A DNA stretch of 64,000 nt from Pseudomonadales bacterium (GTDB lineage Bacteria; Pseudomonadota; Gammaproteobacteria; Pseudomonadales; JANQJO01): NCBI GenBank assembly GCA_028281605.1, contig JANQJO010000060.1, positions 5-64,004 of the forward strand, in the 5' to 3' direction. Every line of letters begins with the position of its first letter. Positions within the stretch are counted from its first letter, which is position 1. This document shows, one piece after another, positions 1-10,144 of this stretch. The translations under genes and the position numbers were made by a program. The notes beneath the pieces were generated by a model. It saw only the letters and a program-made list of their open reading frames with translations, was not told the DNA's origin and did no database searches.

Positions 1-155
1 TTTGGGGCAGCGAGCCCCAACAAACTATTCTGAATGCCCACAACAATTTTAAATGAAAAAAATTTGCATTTTTTTACATGATTGGGTATTCTGAAAATCT
101 GCATTTACACAATTTAAATTACATACTCCGAAATAAATTTTGGTGAGAGGCATTC

Positions 156-1916
156 TTAATGCATAAATCGATAGTCTCGTCTAGGTATATTATTAATCAT
201 GCCAAATAAAGTAGTAGGTAGCAAATCTTCTTGACTGAAAAACCATAAACTGTTTTCAATAAAATCCAAAGAGATTTGCTCCAAAGGAAGCTTTCTTGCT
301 TTTGCTCCCTCATTCAAACGCAAAGCTATTTCCCCTAGCGTCATTTCTTCTACTGAATCAAAAGAATCAGATATTTCCAAAATAAGATCATAAAAGTCAG
401 TCCTATCATGAATGCTTAAATTCATTCTATCCAAATCTTTGATCAGCATTTTGGTGAGTTTAACTGGGTTTTCATAACCAGTATGTGTCAATACTTCGGT
501 CATTATCCTGCGATTGAGCTTATCAAACTTTTTTAATTTTTTATCTACATCCAATTCAATCACAGCGTTCACCAATTGCTGAAAATTATCAATTTCCTTT
601 AAAGGTATTTTTGATATCTCCCCAAGCAAGACAATACCTTCTGTTGGTAAACCTTTTACAGTCATCCCTACAGTTGATTGCTCATGTTCATCCAATTCAT
701 CATAATAAAAAGAAAAATCCATACCGGACAAATAATGAATGATCAAACCATCTTCAGCAACTGGCATTGTATTATTAAAAAAGATTCTCCAATTGCTAGG
801 GCCTTCTATCCAAGCCCAACGAGCATTAAACGCTAAATTATCCAATAATCCCTCACCTTCGCTACTCTTACCATCCACATCTATAATCATGGCCTTCGAG
901 TTAGCCATATCGATTGTCACTTTTGTACCTATAATATTAGAAAACTTACCGATAAATTGTATTTCAGGTTCCTTCAGCAAATGAGCAAAAAAATTCAAAG
1001 TACGATAGCGCAAAGCAGTTGAACGTGCAGGAATTTTAACCGAGTTTTTATAGTGATCAACAACAATTAAATCTTTATATAACACCATGCCTCCCCAACG
1101 CAAAACAACCTCCAATAGCAAAGATACCCGAATGGGTCCATCCTTATAACCTAACAATTTAGCAGTAATGTGTTTTTGGCTGTTAACTTTCACCCTAAGT
1201 AAATTCGTTAAAATACCCGTTTGTATCTCAAAACGATAGTCAACCAACAAGTTTTCACTCAACTGCTGATTTTTTTGAATAATCTGGAAACTTTCTATAT
1301 CACTGTAATCATCAATATTGTAATCTAAACGAAAGTTTTTGGAGAAAACAGTACCAGAGACCGGGTCAAAAGCAACATAATCTTTTACGCCATTGTCAGT
1401 ACTATCATCAATGTTGCCAGAAGAAACTGTCGTTAAATAAACACGATAAGCTTGCTGCTCAATATGAATCACCATTTCAATCAAATCTGATGGTATATCA
1501 GGCTCATTGGATTGCAAAAACTGTGCTGTCAATGCTTTTACACCAACATCACTGAGCATCAACAATAATTCATCATGCTTATCCAAGAAACCCAAGCGTC
1601 GAGGCTTTGCTTGAAATGATCCTGTCCCACAATATACTAAACCAGACTCATTCAATTCATCTATTTGAAACGTAATCGGTTTCAGTTGAGTATCAATAAA
1701 AGCAAATACCCTGAGTTGATCTACAGGCACGCCCAATAAAGATTTTGGTAATTCATGCCCATTTACGATAATCACAAGCTCATTTAAAGTGGTTGCAGAT
1801 GAACCTGTCGAACTTAATACAACATTACGGCTTTTATCATATACTTTATATTCACTCTTAACACTTTCGCTGAACAAAATAAGAACAACTGTCAGCCATG
1901 CTGGTAAGTTTCTCAT
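156..1916 (-). CDS. hypothetical exported protein (586 aa), no domain recognised
   Basis: Uninterrupted 1.76-kb ORF. The N-terminus MRNLPAWLTVVLILFSESVKS resembles a signal peptide. AT-rich relative to core genes. Confidence 0.55.
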   Translation of the reverse strand: MRNLPAWLTVVLILFSESVKSEYKVYDKSRNVVLSSTGSSATTLNELVIIVNGHELPKSLLGVPVDQLRVFAFIDTQLKPITFQIDELNESGLVYCGTGSFQAKPRRLGFLDKHDELLLMLSDVGVKALTAQFLQSNEPDIPSDLIEMVIHIEQQAYRVYLTTVSSGNIDDSTDNGVKDYVAFDPVSGTVFSKNFRLDYNIDDYSDIESFQIIQKNQQLSENLLVDYRFEIQTGILTNLLRVKVNSQKHITAKLLGYKDGPIRVSLLLEVVLRWGGMVLYKDLIVVDHYKNSVKIPARSTALRYRTLNFFAHLLKEPEIQFIGKFSNIIGTKVTIDMANSKAMIIDVDGKSSEGEGLLDNLAFNARWAWIEGPSNWRIFFNNTMPVAEDGLIIHYLSGMDFSFYYDELDEHEQSTVGMTVKGLPTEGIVLLGEISKIPLKEIDNFQQLVNAVIELDVDKKLKKFDKLNRRIMTEVLTHTGYENPVKLTKMLIKDLDRMNLSIHDRTDFYDLILEISDSFDSVEEMTLGEIALRLNEGAKARKLPLEQISLDFIENSLWFFSQEDLLPTTLFGMINNIPRRDYRFMH

Positions 1917-2044
1917 ATTTAAACCACATTTCAGTTGTATAATTTAAAAGAGATATATAGTAAAGACTAAAGAGATCTGTAAAGCTTTATGTAGAACGAA
2001 TACCAAATACAGGATTCATATGACTAGAACAATTGTTTTCATTT

Positions 2045-2145
2045 AGGAACGTGCATGAAATAACGTTAACATTTAGAGCGAATGTATGTTTGAGCATAGC
2101 GAGTTCAGGGGCGACAAATGTTAACGTTATTTCATGCACGTTCCT
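2045..2145 (-). repeat. 101-bp hairpin repeat, copy 1 (inverted relative to copies 2 and 3)
   Basis: Perfect 30-bp arms: AGGAACGTGCATGAAATAACGTTAACATTT at 2045-2074 and its reverse complement at 2116-2145. The centre is the reverse complement of the conserved centre of the copies at 37440 and 50409. Confidence 0.85.
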
Positions 2146-2277
2146 TACCTTAAGCTGCGCCCTTATATAGTTTATATTAAAATAATTGTTCCTTGCTTAC
2201 AGTATTTTGACACTCAGCTTATAATATACAGCCGACATCCAAAGGAATCATCTAAAAAATACACAAGGAGACAAAAA

Positions 2278-4008
2278 ATGAGAACAAGTGAATACCTCCT
2301 AGGCACACAACGTGGCAAACCCACCGAAGCTGAAACCATTAGCCATCAATTAATGATACGCAGCGGCATGATACGTCAACTCGCTTCCGGTTTATATAAC
2401 TGGATGCCATTAGGGTTACGAGTACTACGCAAAGTCGAAGCCATCGTTCGTAAAGAAATGGACCTCTCGGGCGCTCTAGAGGTACTGATGCCAATTGTAC
2501 AACCGAGTGAGCTTTGGCAAGAATCCTCCCGGCTTGAACAGTACGGCCCTGAACTGTTGCGTCTACAAGATCGCCATGAAAGGCCTTTTTGCTTAGGTCC
2601 AACTCATGAAGAGGTGATAACCGATCTTATTCGTCGTGAAATCCAAAGCTACAAACAGTTGCCTTTAAACCTTTATCAAATACAAACTAAATTCCGTGAT
2701 GAAATCAGACCCAGGTTTGGGGTGATGCGAGCACGCGAGTTTATCATGAAGGATGCTTATTCTTTTCATCTGGACACCGACTGTCTGGCACAAACGTATA
2801 AAATTATGCATCAAACCTATTGTAGAATTTTCGAACGTATTGGTTTGGATTTTCGACCTGTACTCGCTGACACGGGTTCAATCGGTGGATATGCCTCTCA
2901 CGAATTTCACGTGCTTGCTGAATCTGGTGAAGACAGTATCGCTTTTAGTAATGAAAGTAATTATGCGGCTAATGTTGAATTGGCCGAAGCTGTGATGCCA
3001 GATATTGAACACTCTACTCCCAAACAAAACTTAACCGAGATAGACACCCCTAACATACAAAGTATTGAAGACTTATGCGAGCAACTCAAAGAGCCCGCAG
3101 AGAAAATACTAAAAACACTCATTGTTAAAGCCACTCCTGAAGCTGACAGTGCTTATATCGCGATATGTTTGCGTGGGGATCATGAACTTAACCCCATAAA
3201 AGCGGAAAAACATCCTTGGGTGCAAGCTCCCTTACAATTTGTCAACACACAAACACTGGCGACAGAAACCCAATTACCTGCCGGTTATTTAGGCCCTATC
3301 GATATCAACCTACCCATTTTAGTTGATCACAGTGCCGGCACCTTGGTTGATTTCATTTGTGGCGCTAATAAAAAAAATCTGCATTTCACTGGCGCCAACT
3401 GGGGTCGCGACTGCCCTACTCACGGGACTCACGACTTACGCAAAGTTATCACAGGTGATCCATCACCTGACGGTCATGGCACACTACAAATCAAACGTGG
3501 TATTGAAGTCGGACATATTTTTCAATTAGGTAACAAATACAGTCAAGCACTCAAGGCCACAGTCTTAAATGAGCAAGGTAAGGCTACAACATTGGAAATG
3601 GGTTGTTATGGTATTGGCATCAGCCGTATTGTGGCTGCCACCATAGAGCAACACCATGATGAAACCGGCATTATTTGGCCTGACGCTATTGCCCCATTTA
3701 CTGTAGGTATAATTCCCTTAAACTATGAAAAATCCAAACAGGTCAAGTCGACTACAGAATCTCTTTATAATCAATTTATTGCACTAGGAATTGACACCTT
3801 ACTTGATGACCGACCAGAGAGGCCTGGTGTTAAATTCACGGATATAGAGCTGATCGGCATTCCTCATCAATTAATCATTGGTGAAAAAAGTTTAGGGCGT
3901 GAGGTTATAGAATATAAAAACCGAAAAACACAAGAAAAAGCAGATATTCCCATACAGAATATTGTAGAGTTTATACAACAGCAATTACAAAATGGAGTTG
4001 GCCTATAA
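2278..4008 (+). CDS. proS: prolyl-tRNA synthetase
   Basis: ProRS-type sequence ([56 protein letters not shown]). Start moved from the track ATG at 2134, which lies inside the hairpin repeat, to the ATG at 2278 preceded by AAGGAG at 2265-2270. Confidence 0.95.
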   Translation: MRTSEYLLGTQRGKPTEAETISHQLMIRSGMIRQLASGLYNWMPLGLRVLRKVEAIVRKEMDLSGALEVLMPIVQPSELWQESSRLEQYGPELLRLQDRHERPFCLGPTHEEVITDLIRREIQSYKQLPLNLYQIQTKFRDEIRPRFGVMRAREFIMKDAYSFHLDTDCLAQTYKIMHQTYCRIFERIGLDFRPVLADTGSIGGYASHEFHVLAESGEDSIAFSNESNYAANVELAEAVMPDIEHSTPKQNLTEIDTPNIQSIEDLCEQLKEPAEKILKTLIVKATPEADSAYIAICLRGDHELNPIKAEKHPWVQAPLQFVNTQTLATETQLPAGYLGPIDINLPILVDHSAGTLVDFICGANKKNLHFTGANWGRDCPTHGTHDLRKVITGDPSPDGHGTLQIKRGIEVGHIFQLGNKYSQALKATVLNEQGKATTLEMGCYGIGISRIVAATIEQHHDETGIIWPDAIAPFTVGIIPLNYEKSKQVKSTTESLYNQFIALGIDTLLDDRPERPGVKFTDIELIGIPHQLIIGEKSLGREVIEYKNRKTQEKADIPIQNIVEFIQQQLQNGVGL

Positions 4009-4351
4009 GCCGGGTTCTGTCAAGAACAACCATTTATCTAGGGCGTGTGTCACCACACGCCTCAAGCGACCTACCCGACCCCAACGCGGACCACGTTTTA
4101 AAGGGTCCTATTTGGTCTTGCTCCAGATGGGGTTTACCCTGCCACGGCGTGTTACCACCCGTGCGGTGTGCTCTTACCACACCTTTTCACCCTTACCTAG
4201 CTTACGAGCCAGGCGGTTTCTTTTCTGCGGCACTTTCCGTAAGCTCACGCTCCCCAGGAATTACCTGGCATCTCGTCCTATGGAGCCCGGACTTTCCTCT
4301 CTTAAGGCGCAATTAATAAATTGGCAAAAGAGCGATTGCTCAGCCAACTCC
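3994..4351 (-). ncRNA. rnpB: RNase P RNA, bacterial type A
   Basis: The reverse complement carries universally conserved blocks: GAGGAAAGTCCGGGCTCCATAGG, GGTAAGGGTGAAAAGGTGTGGTAAGAGCACACCG and ACAGAACCCGGCTTATAGG. The P1 stem GGAGTTGGC...GCCAACTCC closes the ends. The ORFs at 3992-4354 and 4047-4316 are therefore spurious. Confidence 0.92.
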
Positions 4352-4419
4352 TAAGCTGTACTCTAACGTGTTTCGAACAAAAGATGCAAACCAAAAGGGT
4401 ATTTTAAATAGGTCGTACC

Positions 4420-5454
4420 ATGAAAAAGCTTTGTATTGTACGTTTTTCAGCCTTGGGTGATGTAATTTTATGCTCTTGTGTGGTTGATCTGATCGCACGA
4501 GCTCAGCCAGATTGGTCTATTACCTGGTTAACACACCCTGTGTTTACTACTTTGTTTAAAGATATCAAAGGAATTCATTGGCTCAATATCACCAAACCAC
4601 AGCGCCTCAAAGACTATTGGCACACGCGCAATCAACTCAAGGACAAACATTTTGATGCAGCCCTGTGTATGCAAGCCAGTTTTAGAACTAACCTCATTTA
4701 TCCTCTCATCAAAGCCGACTTAAAAATTGGCTTTGACGATAAACGCGGTCGCGACGGCCACCGCTTATTTGTTGATCAACAAATAGACTATCAAGACAAC
4801 CATTTATTTGAGGGGTTTCTGCAATTTGCCAAGGCTCTAGAGGTTAACATTGACCTACCCTTACGCTGGCCTATCCATGTTCCTACAGGTGCACAAACTT
4901 GGGCTGGTAAGCGACTCAGTGAAAACACCAATTGGATTGCCATTAACCCTGCTGCTTCGAAATCGGAACGAACCTGGCCATTGGAATACCAAATACAGTT
5001 AATCAACACCATTCATCGTCAGACGCATTACAACGTTGTTTTAACTGGGGGCTTAAATCCGGTGGAGCTGAGTTTGGCTGAGCGCATTCAACAGAGCATC
5101 CTCAACCCTAAACGCCTACTTAATTTGGTCGGTCAAAGTTCTTTGCTAGAATTGGCTGCTTTATACCAAAGAGTCAAGTGCTTGATTGCTCCTGATACAG
5201 GCCCTATTCATTTGGCTTGCGCTTTAGGTACGCCTGTGGTTGGTTTATATGCGGTCGCTCGACCTGCTTTGAGTGGCCCCTACGGTCAGGCCATTGAGGT
5301 TATTGATGCATACCCTGAAGCTGTAGAAAAATACCTACGTAAGTCCATTAATGAGGTTCACTGGCATCAAAGAGTGCATCACCCTAAAGTCATGAATCTG
5401 ATTAAACCAGAGCGCGTATTTACAGCACTGACTCATCTAACACAACTATCTTGA
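4420..5454 (+). CDS. glycosyltransferase family 9 (LPS heptosyltransferase-like)
   Basis: N-terminus MKKLCIVRFSALGDVILCS and C-terminal DTGPIHLACALGTPVVGLY are typical GT9 motifs. Confidence 0.75.
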   Translation: MKKLCIVRFSALGDVILCSCVVDLIARAQPDWSITWLTHPVFTTLFKDIKGIHWLNITKPQRLKDYWHTRNQLKDKHFDAALCMQASFRTNLIYPLIKADLKIGFDDKRGRDGHRLFVDQQIDYQDNHLFEGFLQFAKALEVNIDLPLRWPIHVPTGAQTWAGKRLSENTNWIAINPAASKSERTWPLEYQIQLINTIHRQTHYNVVLTGGLNPVELSLAERIQQSILNPKRLLNLVGQSSLLELAALYQRVKCLIAPDTGPIHLACALGTPVVGLYAVARPALSGPYGQAIEVIDAYPEAVEKYLRKSINEVHWHQRVHHPKVMNLIKPERVFTALTHLTQLS

Positions 5455-5528
5455 CTCTTTTACCCTATGTTGCCAAAACAGTAATTTAAAAGTATAGTCT
5501 TACGCCTGTAGTATTTTAAGGTACAGTA

Positions 5529-5906
5529 ATGGAGTACAAGTTCATGTATTTTTACAGGTTATCCTGCTTAGTCATTTTACTCACTTTAAATGCTTGCGTG
5601 CACAAACAGCGCATTATCGTTGATACAAAAAATATCAACATGGACCAGTATCAGACTGATTTAAAAGAGTGCCAACAGTATGCACAACAAGTACATACTG
5701 GTAAAGATATCACTAAAGGAGTGGTAGGCGGTGCCCTTATCGGTGGACTGATTGGAGCTGCCGTCGGTAACAGCGACACCGCTAAAAAAGCCGCTGGTGC
5801 TGGTGCTGTATCAAGAGGAGCCAAAAAAGGCAGCAAAGCCACAGCAGAAAAATCTAAAGTGGTAAAAAACTGTTTACGAGGTCGAGGGTATCAAGTTTTG
5901 AACTAA
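5529..5906 (+). CDS. glycine-zipper outer-membrane lipoprotein
   Basis: Lipobox LTLNAC after a hydrophobic leader. Glycine-zipper segment GVVGGALIGGLIGAAVGN. Confidence 0.6.
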   Translation: MEYKFMYFYRLSCLVILLTLNACVHKQRIIVDTKNINMDQYQTDLKECQQYAQQVHTGKDITKGVVGGALIGGLIGAAVGNSDTAKKAAGAGAVSRGAKKGSKATAEKSKVVKNCLRGRGYQVLN

Positions 5907-5953
5907 TGATACGCATAGTTTGAGTCACAACTAAACTGTCGCAAGATTCGTTT

Positions 5954-6406
5954 TTATTGATAGCTTATGCTAAAGTCTGATAAACCCTTGATTGCTATTT
6001 CTATATTTTGATCTGATCGCAGTTCAAAAGCATTAAAACCACTGCGAGATAAATAAAACAATTGGTCTTTTAAGATATCTCCTACTGCGCGCAGTTCTTG
6101 CTTATAACCTGCTTCTCGTATGATGCGAGCAAGTGAGTAGCCTCGACCGTCTGTAAAGACTGGAAAATCAATTGCAATCAGTTTAACCACGGTAAAGGCA
6201 TCGGCCACTTCAGTCAGCTCTGTGGTGTTGGGTATCAACAGTCCTAATGTTTTTTCTGACTGTATTAACTCGCTTTTTTGGGCTTTCCATAGATCCAGTG
6301 GTACAATAATGTGTTTTTGATCGGCTTGGTGAATAGGGTTGTCAGCCGTTAATGTGATCCAGTGATCCTGAACAATTGTGTGGTCTTTAATGAGGTTTGT
6401 TTGCAT
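5954..6406 (-). CDS. DUF934-family protein (sulfite-reductase associated)
   Basis: Sits directly downstream of cysI, as in many proteobacteria. Start re-set to the ATG at 6406 (MQTNLIKDH) because the track ORF overlaps the cysI 3-prime end. Confidence 0.65.
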   Translation of the reverse strand: MQTNLIKDHTIVQDHWITLTADNPIHQADQKHIIVPLDLWKAQKSELIQSEKTLGLLIPNTTELTEVADAFTVVKLIAIDFPVFTDGRGYSLARIIREAGYKQELRAVGDILKDQLFYLSRSGFNAFELRSDQNIEIAIKGLSDFSISYQ

Positions 6407-6416
6407 AGCTTTAGGG

Positions 6417-8099
6417 TTATTTTTCATCATTAGATTTGTAAATGGCTTCTCGGAAGGGCTCAATGCCAATGCGTAAGAGCACTTCAGCGAAGGATTCATC
6501 GGCCACGCGCAATTGAACGTAGAGTTTGATAATTTTATCGATAACATCGACAACTTCATTACGCTCAAACGATGGGCCTAGAATTTTACCAATGTTGGCG
6601 TCTTGGTAGGAGGAACCTGCGAGTAAGATTTGATAGTACTCACGGCCTTTTTTATCTACACCTAAAATGCCAATATTGCCTACATGGTGGTGTCCGCAGG
6701 CGTTCATACAACCTGAAATGTTTAAGTCGATGGGGCCTAAATCGTGTAAGTAATCCAGTTTGTCAAAGTGTCGCTGAATGTCTTCAGCCACAGGAATGGA
6801 TTTTGCGTTAGCTAAGGCGCAAAAGTCACCACCAGGACAACAAATCATATCGGTGAGTCGGCCAATATTGGCTGTCGCGAAACCTAGAGCTTTTAGTTTT
6901 TCCCAGACCTCAAACAGGTGTAGGGTTCTAACGTGAGCTAAAACCAGGTTTTGCCGATGAGAAACCCTGATTTCGCCCAGGCTGTATTGATCGGCCAGAT
7001 CGGCCACAGCCAACATATGATCTCCACTGATATCTCCCGGAGCGTGTCCTGTCATTTTTAAAGATAAAATCACACAGTGATATCCCGGTGTTTTGTGGGG
7101 ATGAGTATTGGTCTTAAGCCAGTGGGTAAAGCCCGCATGGTTTTCTTTTTGTGTGGCTAAGGCTTTGTCTTCGGCTTGTTGTTTTGTATCGTCAATGTTT
7201 TCATATTGAGTTGTGTTGAAAAAAGCTTGCATGTGTTCAATGGTTTCAGGAGTGAGACGTTTGTTGCTATTTTTGAAGTCCCGCCATTGTTGTTCCACTT
7301 TTTCTCGAAAGGCTTCAATGCCCATGGCTTTGACTAATATTTTGATACGGGCTTTGTATTTGTTGTCACGCCGACCGTAGCGATTGTAGACTCTGAGTAT
7401 AGCCTCGAGATAAGAAAGCAAGTCTGACTTTGGTAAAAAAACACGCACTGTTTGCCCGATTAAAGGTGTCCGGCCCAGGCCTCCACCGACTAGGACTTCG
7501 AAACCCACTTCGCCTTGTTCGTTGCGTACCAAGTTGAGGCCAATGTCATGCACTTTTACTGCGGCACGATCGGTGCTGGCATGACCGTTAACCGCAATTT
7601 TGAACTTTCTCGGTAAATAAGCGAACTCTGGATGAAAGGTTGACCATTGGCGTATAATTTCACAGTAAGGGCGAGGGTCTTCAATTTCGTCTGGCGTGAC
7701 GCCTGCAAATTCATCGGTTGTTACGTTTCGTATACAGTTGCCACTGGTTTGGATGGCGTGCATTTGCACGGTTGCTAGGTCAGCTAGTATGTTAGGGACT
7801 TGTTCTAGTTTAGGCCAATTAAACTGGATATTTTGCCGTGTGCTGAAATGACCATAGTTCTTGTCATATTTTTGCGCGATTGTACCCAGCATACGGAGTT
7901 GTGTAGAGTTTAATAAGCCATAGGGAATGGCAACTCGCAGCATGGGGGCGTGTCTTTGAATGTACAGCCCATTTTGTAGCCTTAGGGGTAGAAACTCTTG
8001 TTCTGACAGTTGGCCGTTTAGATAGCGTTGTGTTTGATCTCTAAATTGGGCAACACGCTCATCGATTATTTTTTGATCGCACTTGTTATAGATATACAT
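6417..8099 (-). CDS. cysI: sulfite/nitrite reductase hemoprotein (siroheme 4Fe-4S)
   Basis: Nitrite/sulfite reductase repeats. Cys cluster MICCPGGDFCALA ... SGCMNACGHHHVGNIGILG. Confidence 0.85.
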   Translation of the reverse strand: MYIYNKCDQKIIDERVAQFRDQTQRYLNGQLSEQEFLPLRLQNGLYIQRHAPMLRVAIPYGLLNSTQLRMLGTIAQKYDKNYGHFSTRQNIQFNWPKLEQVPNILADLATVQMHAIQTSGNCIRNVTTDEFAGVTPDEIEDPRPYCEIIRQWSTFHPEFAYLPRKFKIAVNGHASTDRAAVKVHDIGLNLVRNEQGEVGFEVLVGGGLGRTPLIGQTVRVFLPKSDLLSYLEAILRVYNRYGRRDNKYKARIKILVKAMGIEAFREKVEQQWRDFKNSNKRLTPETIEHMQAFFNTTQYENIDDTKQQAEDKALATQKENHAGFTHWLKTNTHPHKTPGYHCVILSLKMTGHAPGDISGDHMLAVADLADQYSLGEIRVSHRQNLVLAHVRTLHLFEVWEKLKALGFATANIGRLTDMICCPGGDFCALANAKSIPVAEDIQRHFDKLDYLHDLGPIDLNISGCMNACGHHHVGNIGILGVDKKGREYYQILLAGSSYQDANIGKILGPSFERNEVVDVIDKIIKLYVQLRVADESFAEVLLRIGIEPFREAIYKSNDEK

Positions 8100-8519
8100 A
8101 TTCAGTTTCAGTTGTTTGTTACAATGTTTTTGTATTTGGCTGTGATTGGCCTATGGTTGTATGGGTTATTGGATTGTAGGCCCATCATACTGTTTCTTAT
8201 GGATGCGCTCAAGTGTTACTCTAGCAGTGGATCAGTCTTAATGGCAAATAAGCTGTTAGCATATGGATATAGCCCAATGAATTTGGATTGCTGGCCTCAT
8301 ACTCTGGAGTAAGGGTAACCGTACATGCATCCGTTCAAAATGGGCAGATTATTTCCTGTGCCTTACCTAAGAAGTTGAGACCATGGTATCTTAGGCGGGT
8401 GGCATCCACAAGCCGTCAATTACATGTACAAAAGAAGTGTTCTATTTCAATTTAATGTAAATGATGTGCTATAGCGCTCGGTATGTTATTTTCTACATTC
8501 TTATGATATAGCTGTAATT

Positions 8520-10130
8520 TTAAGAGCTGCAAGACAGCATTGAACAACCGGCGCGATGGCGAGCCCATTCAGGCCTTTTTTCAGCATAATGTTCTTTGCC
8601 TGCTTGTTCTGCATAAGGTTGGCGTAGGACGTCCAATAAATCTTTAATCATAGTGTAATCATTTTGCTCGGCTTTATCGATGGCCAGTTGTGCTAAGTAG
8701 TTACGCAAAACGTATTTAGGGTTAACGGCATTCATTTGTTGTCGTCGGCTGTTATTGGATTGATTGTCCTGACGTATACGTTGTAAGTATCGGTGTAGCC
8801 ATTGTTCCAAAGTTTTTGTCACTTTAGAGTTTAGTTGTGAGGTTTGGTAAAATGTACCTTTGAAGGGTTCGATTAGGTGAGTATTATTGATAGACTCTAT
8901 TGGGCTTTGATCACTTATTGTCAGTTGAGCAAGATTGCGAAAAAACAGTGTCATATCAATTTCAGCTGATTGCAATAATGTGAGTAATTCGGAAAGGAGT
9001 GTGGAATCTGTTTTGGGGTTAAAAGTGAGAAGTCCCAGTTTGTTTACCATCATTTGTTGCCAACTATGTTTGAAGTGTGATGCATAGTGTGTCAATGTTT
9101 CTTGCAGAGGCTCGTGGGTTTTAAATAGAGGTGACAAGGCGTTGGCGAGCTGATTGAGATTCCACAGTGCAATGTGTGGCTGATTGCCAAAGCAGTAACG
9201 GCGGTTCTCATTATCGGTGGTATTAGGTGTCCAGTGAGGGTCATAATTTTCGAGCCAGCCGTAAGGGCCGTAATCGATGGTAAGCCCTAAAACAGACATA
9301 TTGTCTGTGTTCATCACGCCGTGGACAAAACCAACTCGCATCCAGTGTACAATCATTTCTGCGGTTTTTGTGCAAATTTCTTCAAACCACTTGAGGTATA
9401 CAGATTTTGAAGGTGGGCCTAAGTGGGGAAAGTCGGTTGTGATGGTGTAATCGACGTGACGTTTGAGCAAATCAATTTCGTCGCGAGCTGTTAGTATTTG
9501 GAAATGGCCGAAACGGGTAAAAGAGGGTGCCACTCGACAGACAATAGCGCCTGGTTCAGCTTTGGGGTGGCCGTCATAAAACATATCACGTATGACGGGT
9601 TGGCCTGTGCTGATTAGGCTTAAAGCACGTGTTGTGGGTATACCTAAGTGGTACATGGCTTCACTGCAGAGAAACTCCCGTACAGATGAGCGTAGCACTG
9701 CAAAGCCATCAGCTTTACGTGAGTAAGGTGTTGGGCCCGCGCCTTTGAGTTGTAATGTCCAGCGCTCTCCTTTTGTATTTAAAATTTCTCCGAGATTGAT
9801 GGCGCGACCATCACCCAGTTGTCCAGCCCAATGGCCAAATTGATGACCTCCATAGCAAGAGGCGTAAGGGTGCATTCCAGACAGTAGGCGGTTACCTGAA
9901 AAAACTTCGAGAAAATCAGAAGACTCGCATGTTTCAGTAGATAGTTCTAATACTTGCGCGACTTCTTGAGCATAAGCGATTAAATGAGGTTTGGGTGGTT
10001 TGCTTGGTGTTGCAAAAGAGTAGCAGCAATTTTTAACGTGCCTGCTGAAGTTTTGAGTTTGGGTATCAGCAGGTAAGAGCGATGTGTAACTGTTATCGAA
10101 AAGTAGTGATGTGAGGTCTTTTTCGCTCAT
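8520..10130 (-). CDS. selO: protein adenylyltransferase SelO (YdiU family)
   Basis: SelO-like blocks (YGGHQFGHWAGQLGDGRAINLGE, HGVMNTDNMSVLGLTIDYGPYGW). ATG at 10130 chosen; the track start at 10148 is a TTG. Confidence 0.85.
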   Translation of the reverse strand: MSEKDLTSLLFDNSYTSLLPADTQTQNFSRHVKNCCYSFATPSKPPKPHLIAYAQEVAQVLELSTETCESSDFLEVFSGNRLLSGMHPYASCYGGHQFGHWAGQLGDGRAINLGEILNTKGERWTLQLKGAGPTPYSRKADGFAVLRSSVREFLCSEAMYHLGIPTTRALSLISTGQPVIRDMFYDGHPKAEPGAIVCRVAPSFTRFGHFQILTARDEIDLLKRHVDYTITTDFPHLGPPSKSVYLKWFEEICTKTAEMIVHWMRVGFVHGVMNTDNMSVLGLTIDYGPYGWLENYDPHWTPNTTDNENRRYCFGNQPHIALWNLNQLANALSPLFKTHEPLQETLTHYASHFKHSWQQMMVNKLGLLTFNPKTDSTLLSELLTLLQSAEIDMTLFFRNLAQLTISDQSPIESINNTHLIEPFKGTFYQTSQLNSKVTKTLEQWLHRYLQRIRQDNQSNNSRRQQMNAVNPKYVLRNYLAQLAIDKAEQNDYTMIKDLLDVLRQPYAEQAGKEHYAEKRPEWARHRAGCSMLSCSS

Positions 10131-10144
10131 ATTAAAATTAATTG

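Noticed and set aside
1-21. Hairpin TTGGGGC-AGCGA-GCCCCAA at the window edge as a terminator or repeat related to the lpxB hairpin
   Set aside because: It is truncated by the window edge. Resemblance to the 23701 hairpin is limited to the TTGGGG/CCCCAA ends, so it cannot be evaluated.
2134-2277. N-terminal 48-codon extension of the proS ORF in the track
   Set aside because: The ATG at 2134 lies inside the right arm of the 101-bp hairpin repeat, and the extension has no ProRS similarity. The ATG at 2278 has an AAGGAG site 8 nt upstream and starts the conserved MRTSEYLL.. N-terminus.
3992-4354. ORFs 3992-4354 and 4047-4316 (+), 120 and 89 aa
   Set aside because: They lie entirely antisense to a high-confidence RNase P RNA gene. 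The Arg/Pro-rich translations are typical of reading through a GC-rich structured RNA.
8100-8519. 420-bp leader upstream of cysI as a possible riboswitch or sRNA
   Set aside because: I could not recognise any conserved riboswitch core (SAM, cobalamin, etc.). I found only a short hairpin (CCTAAGA...TCTTAGG), so there is no positive evidence.
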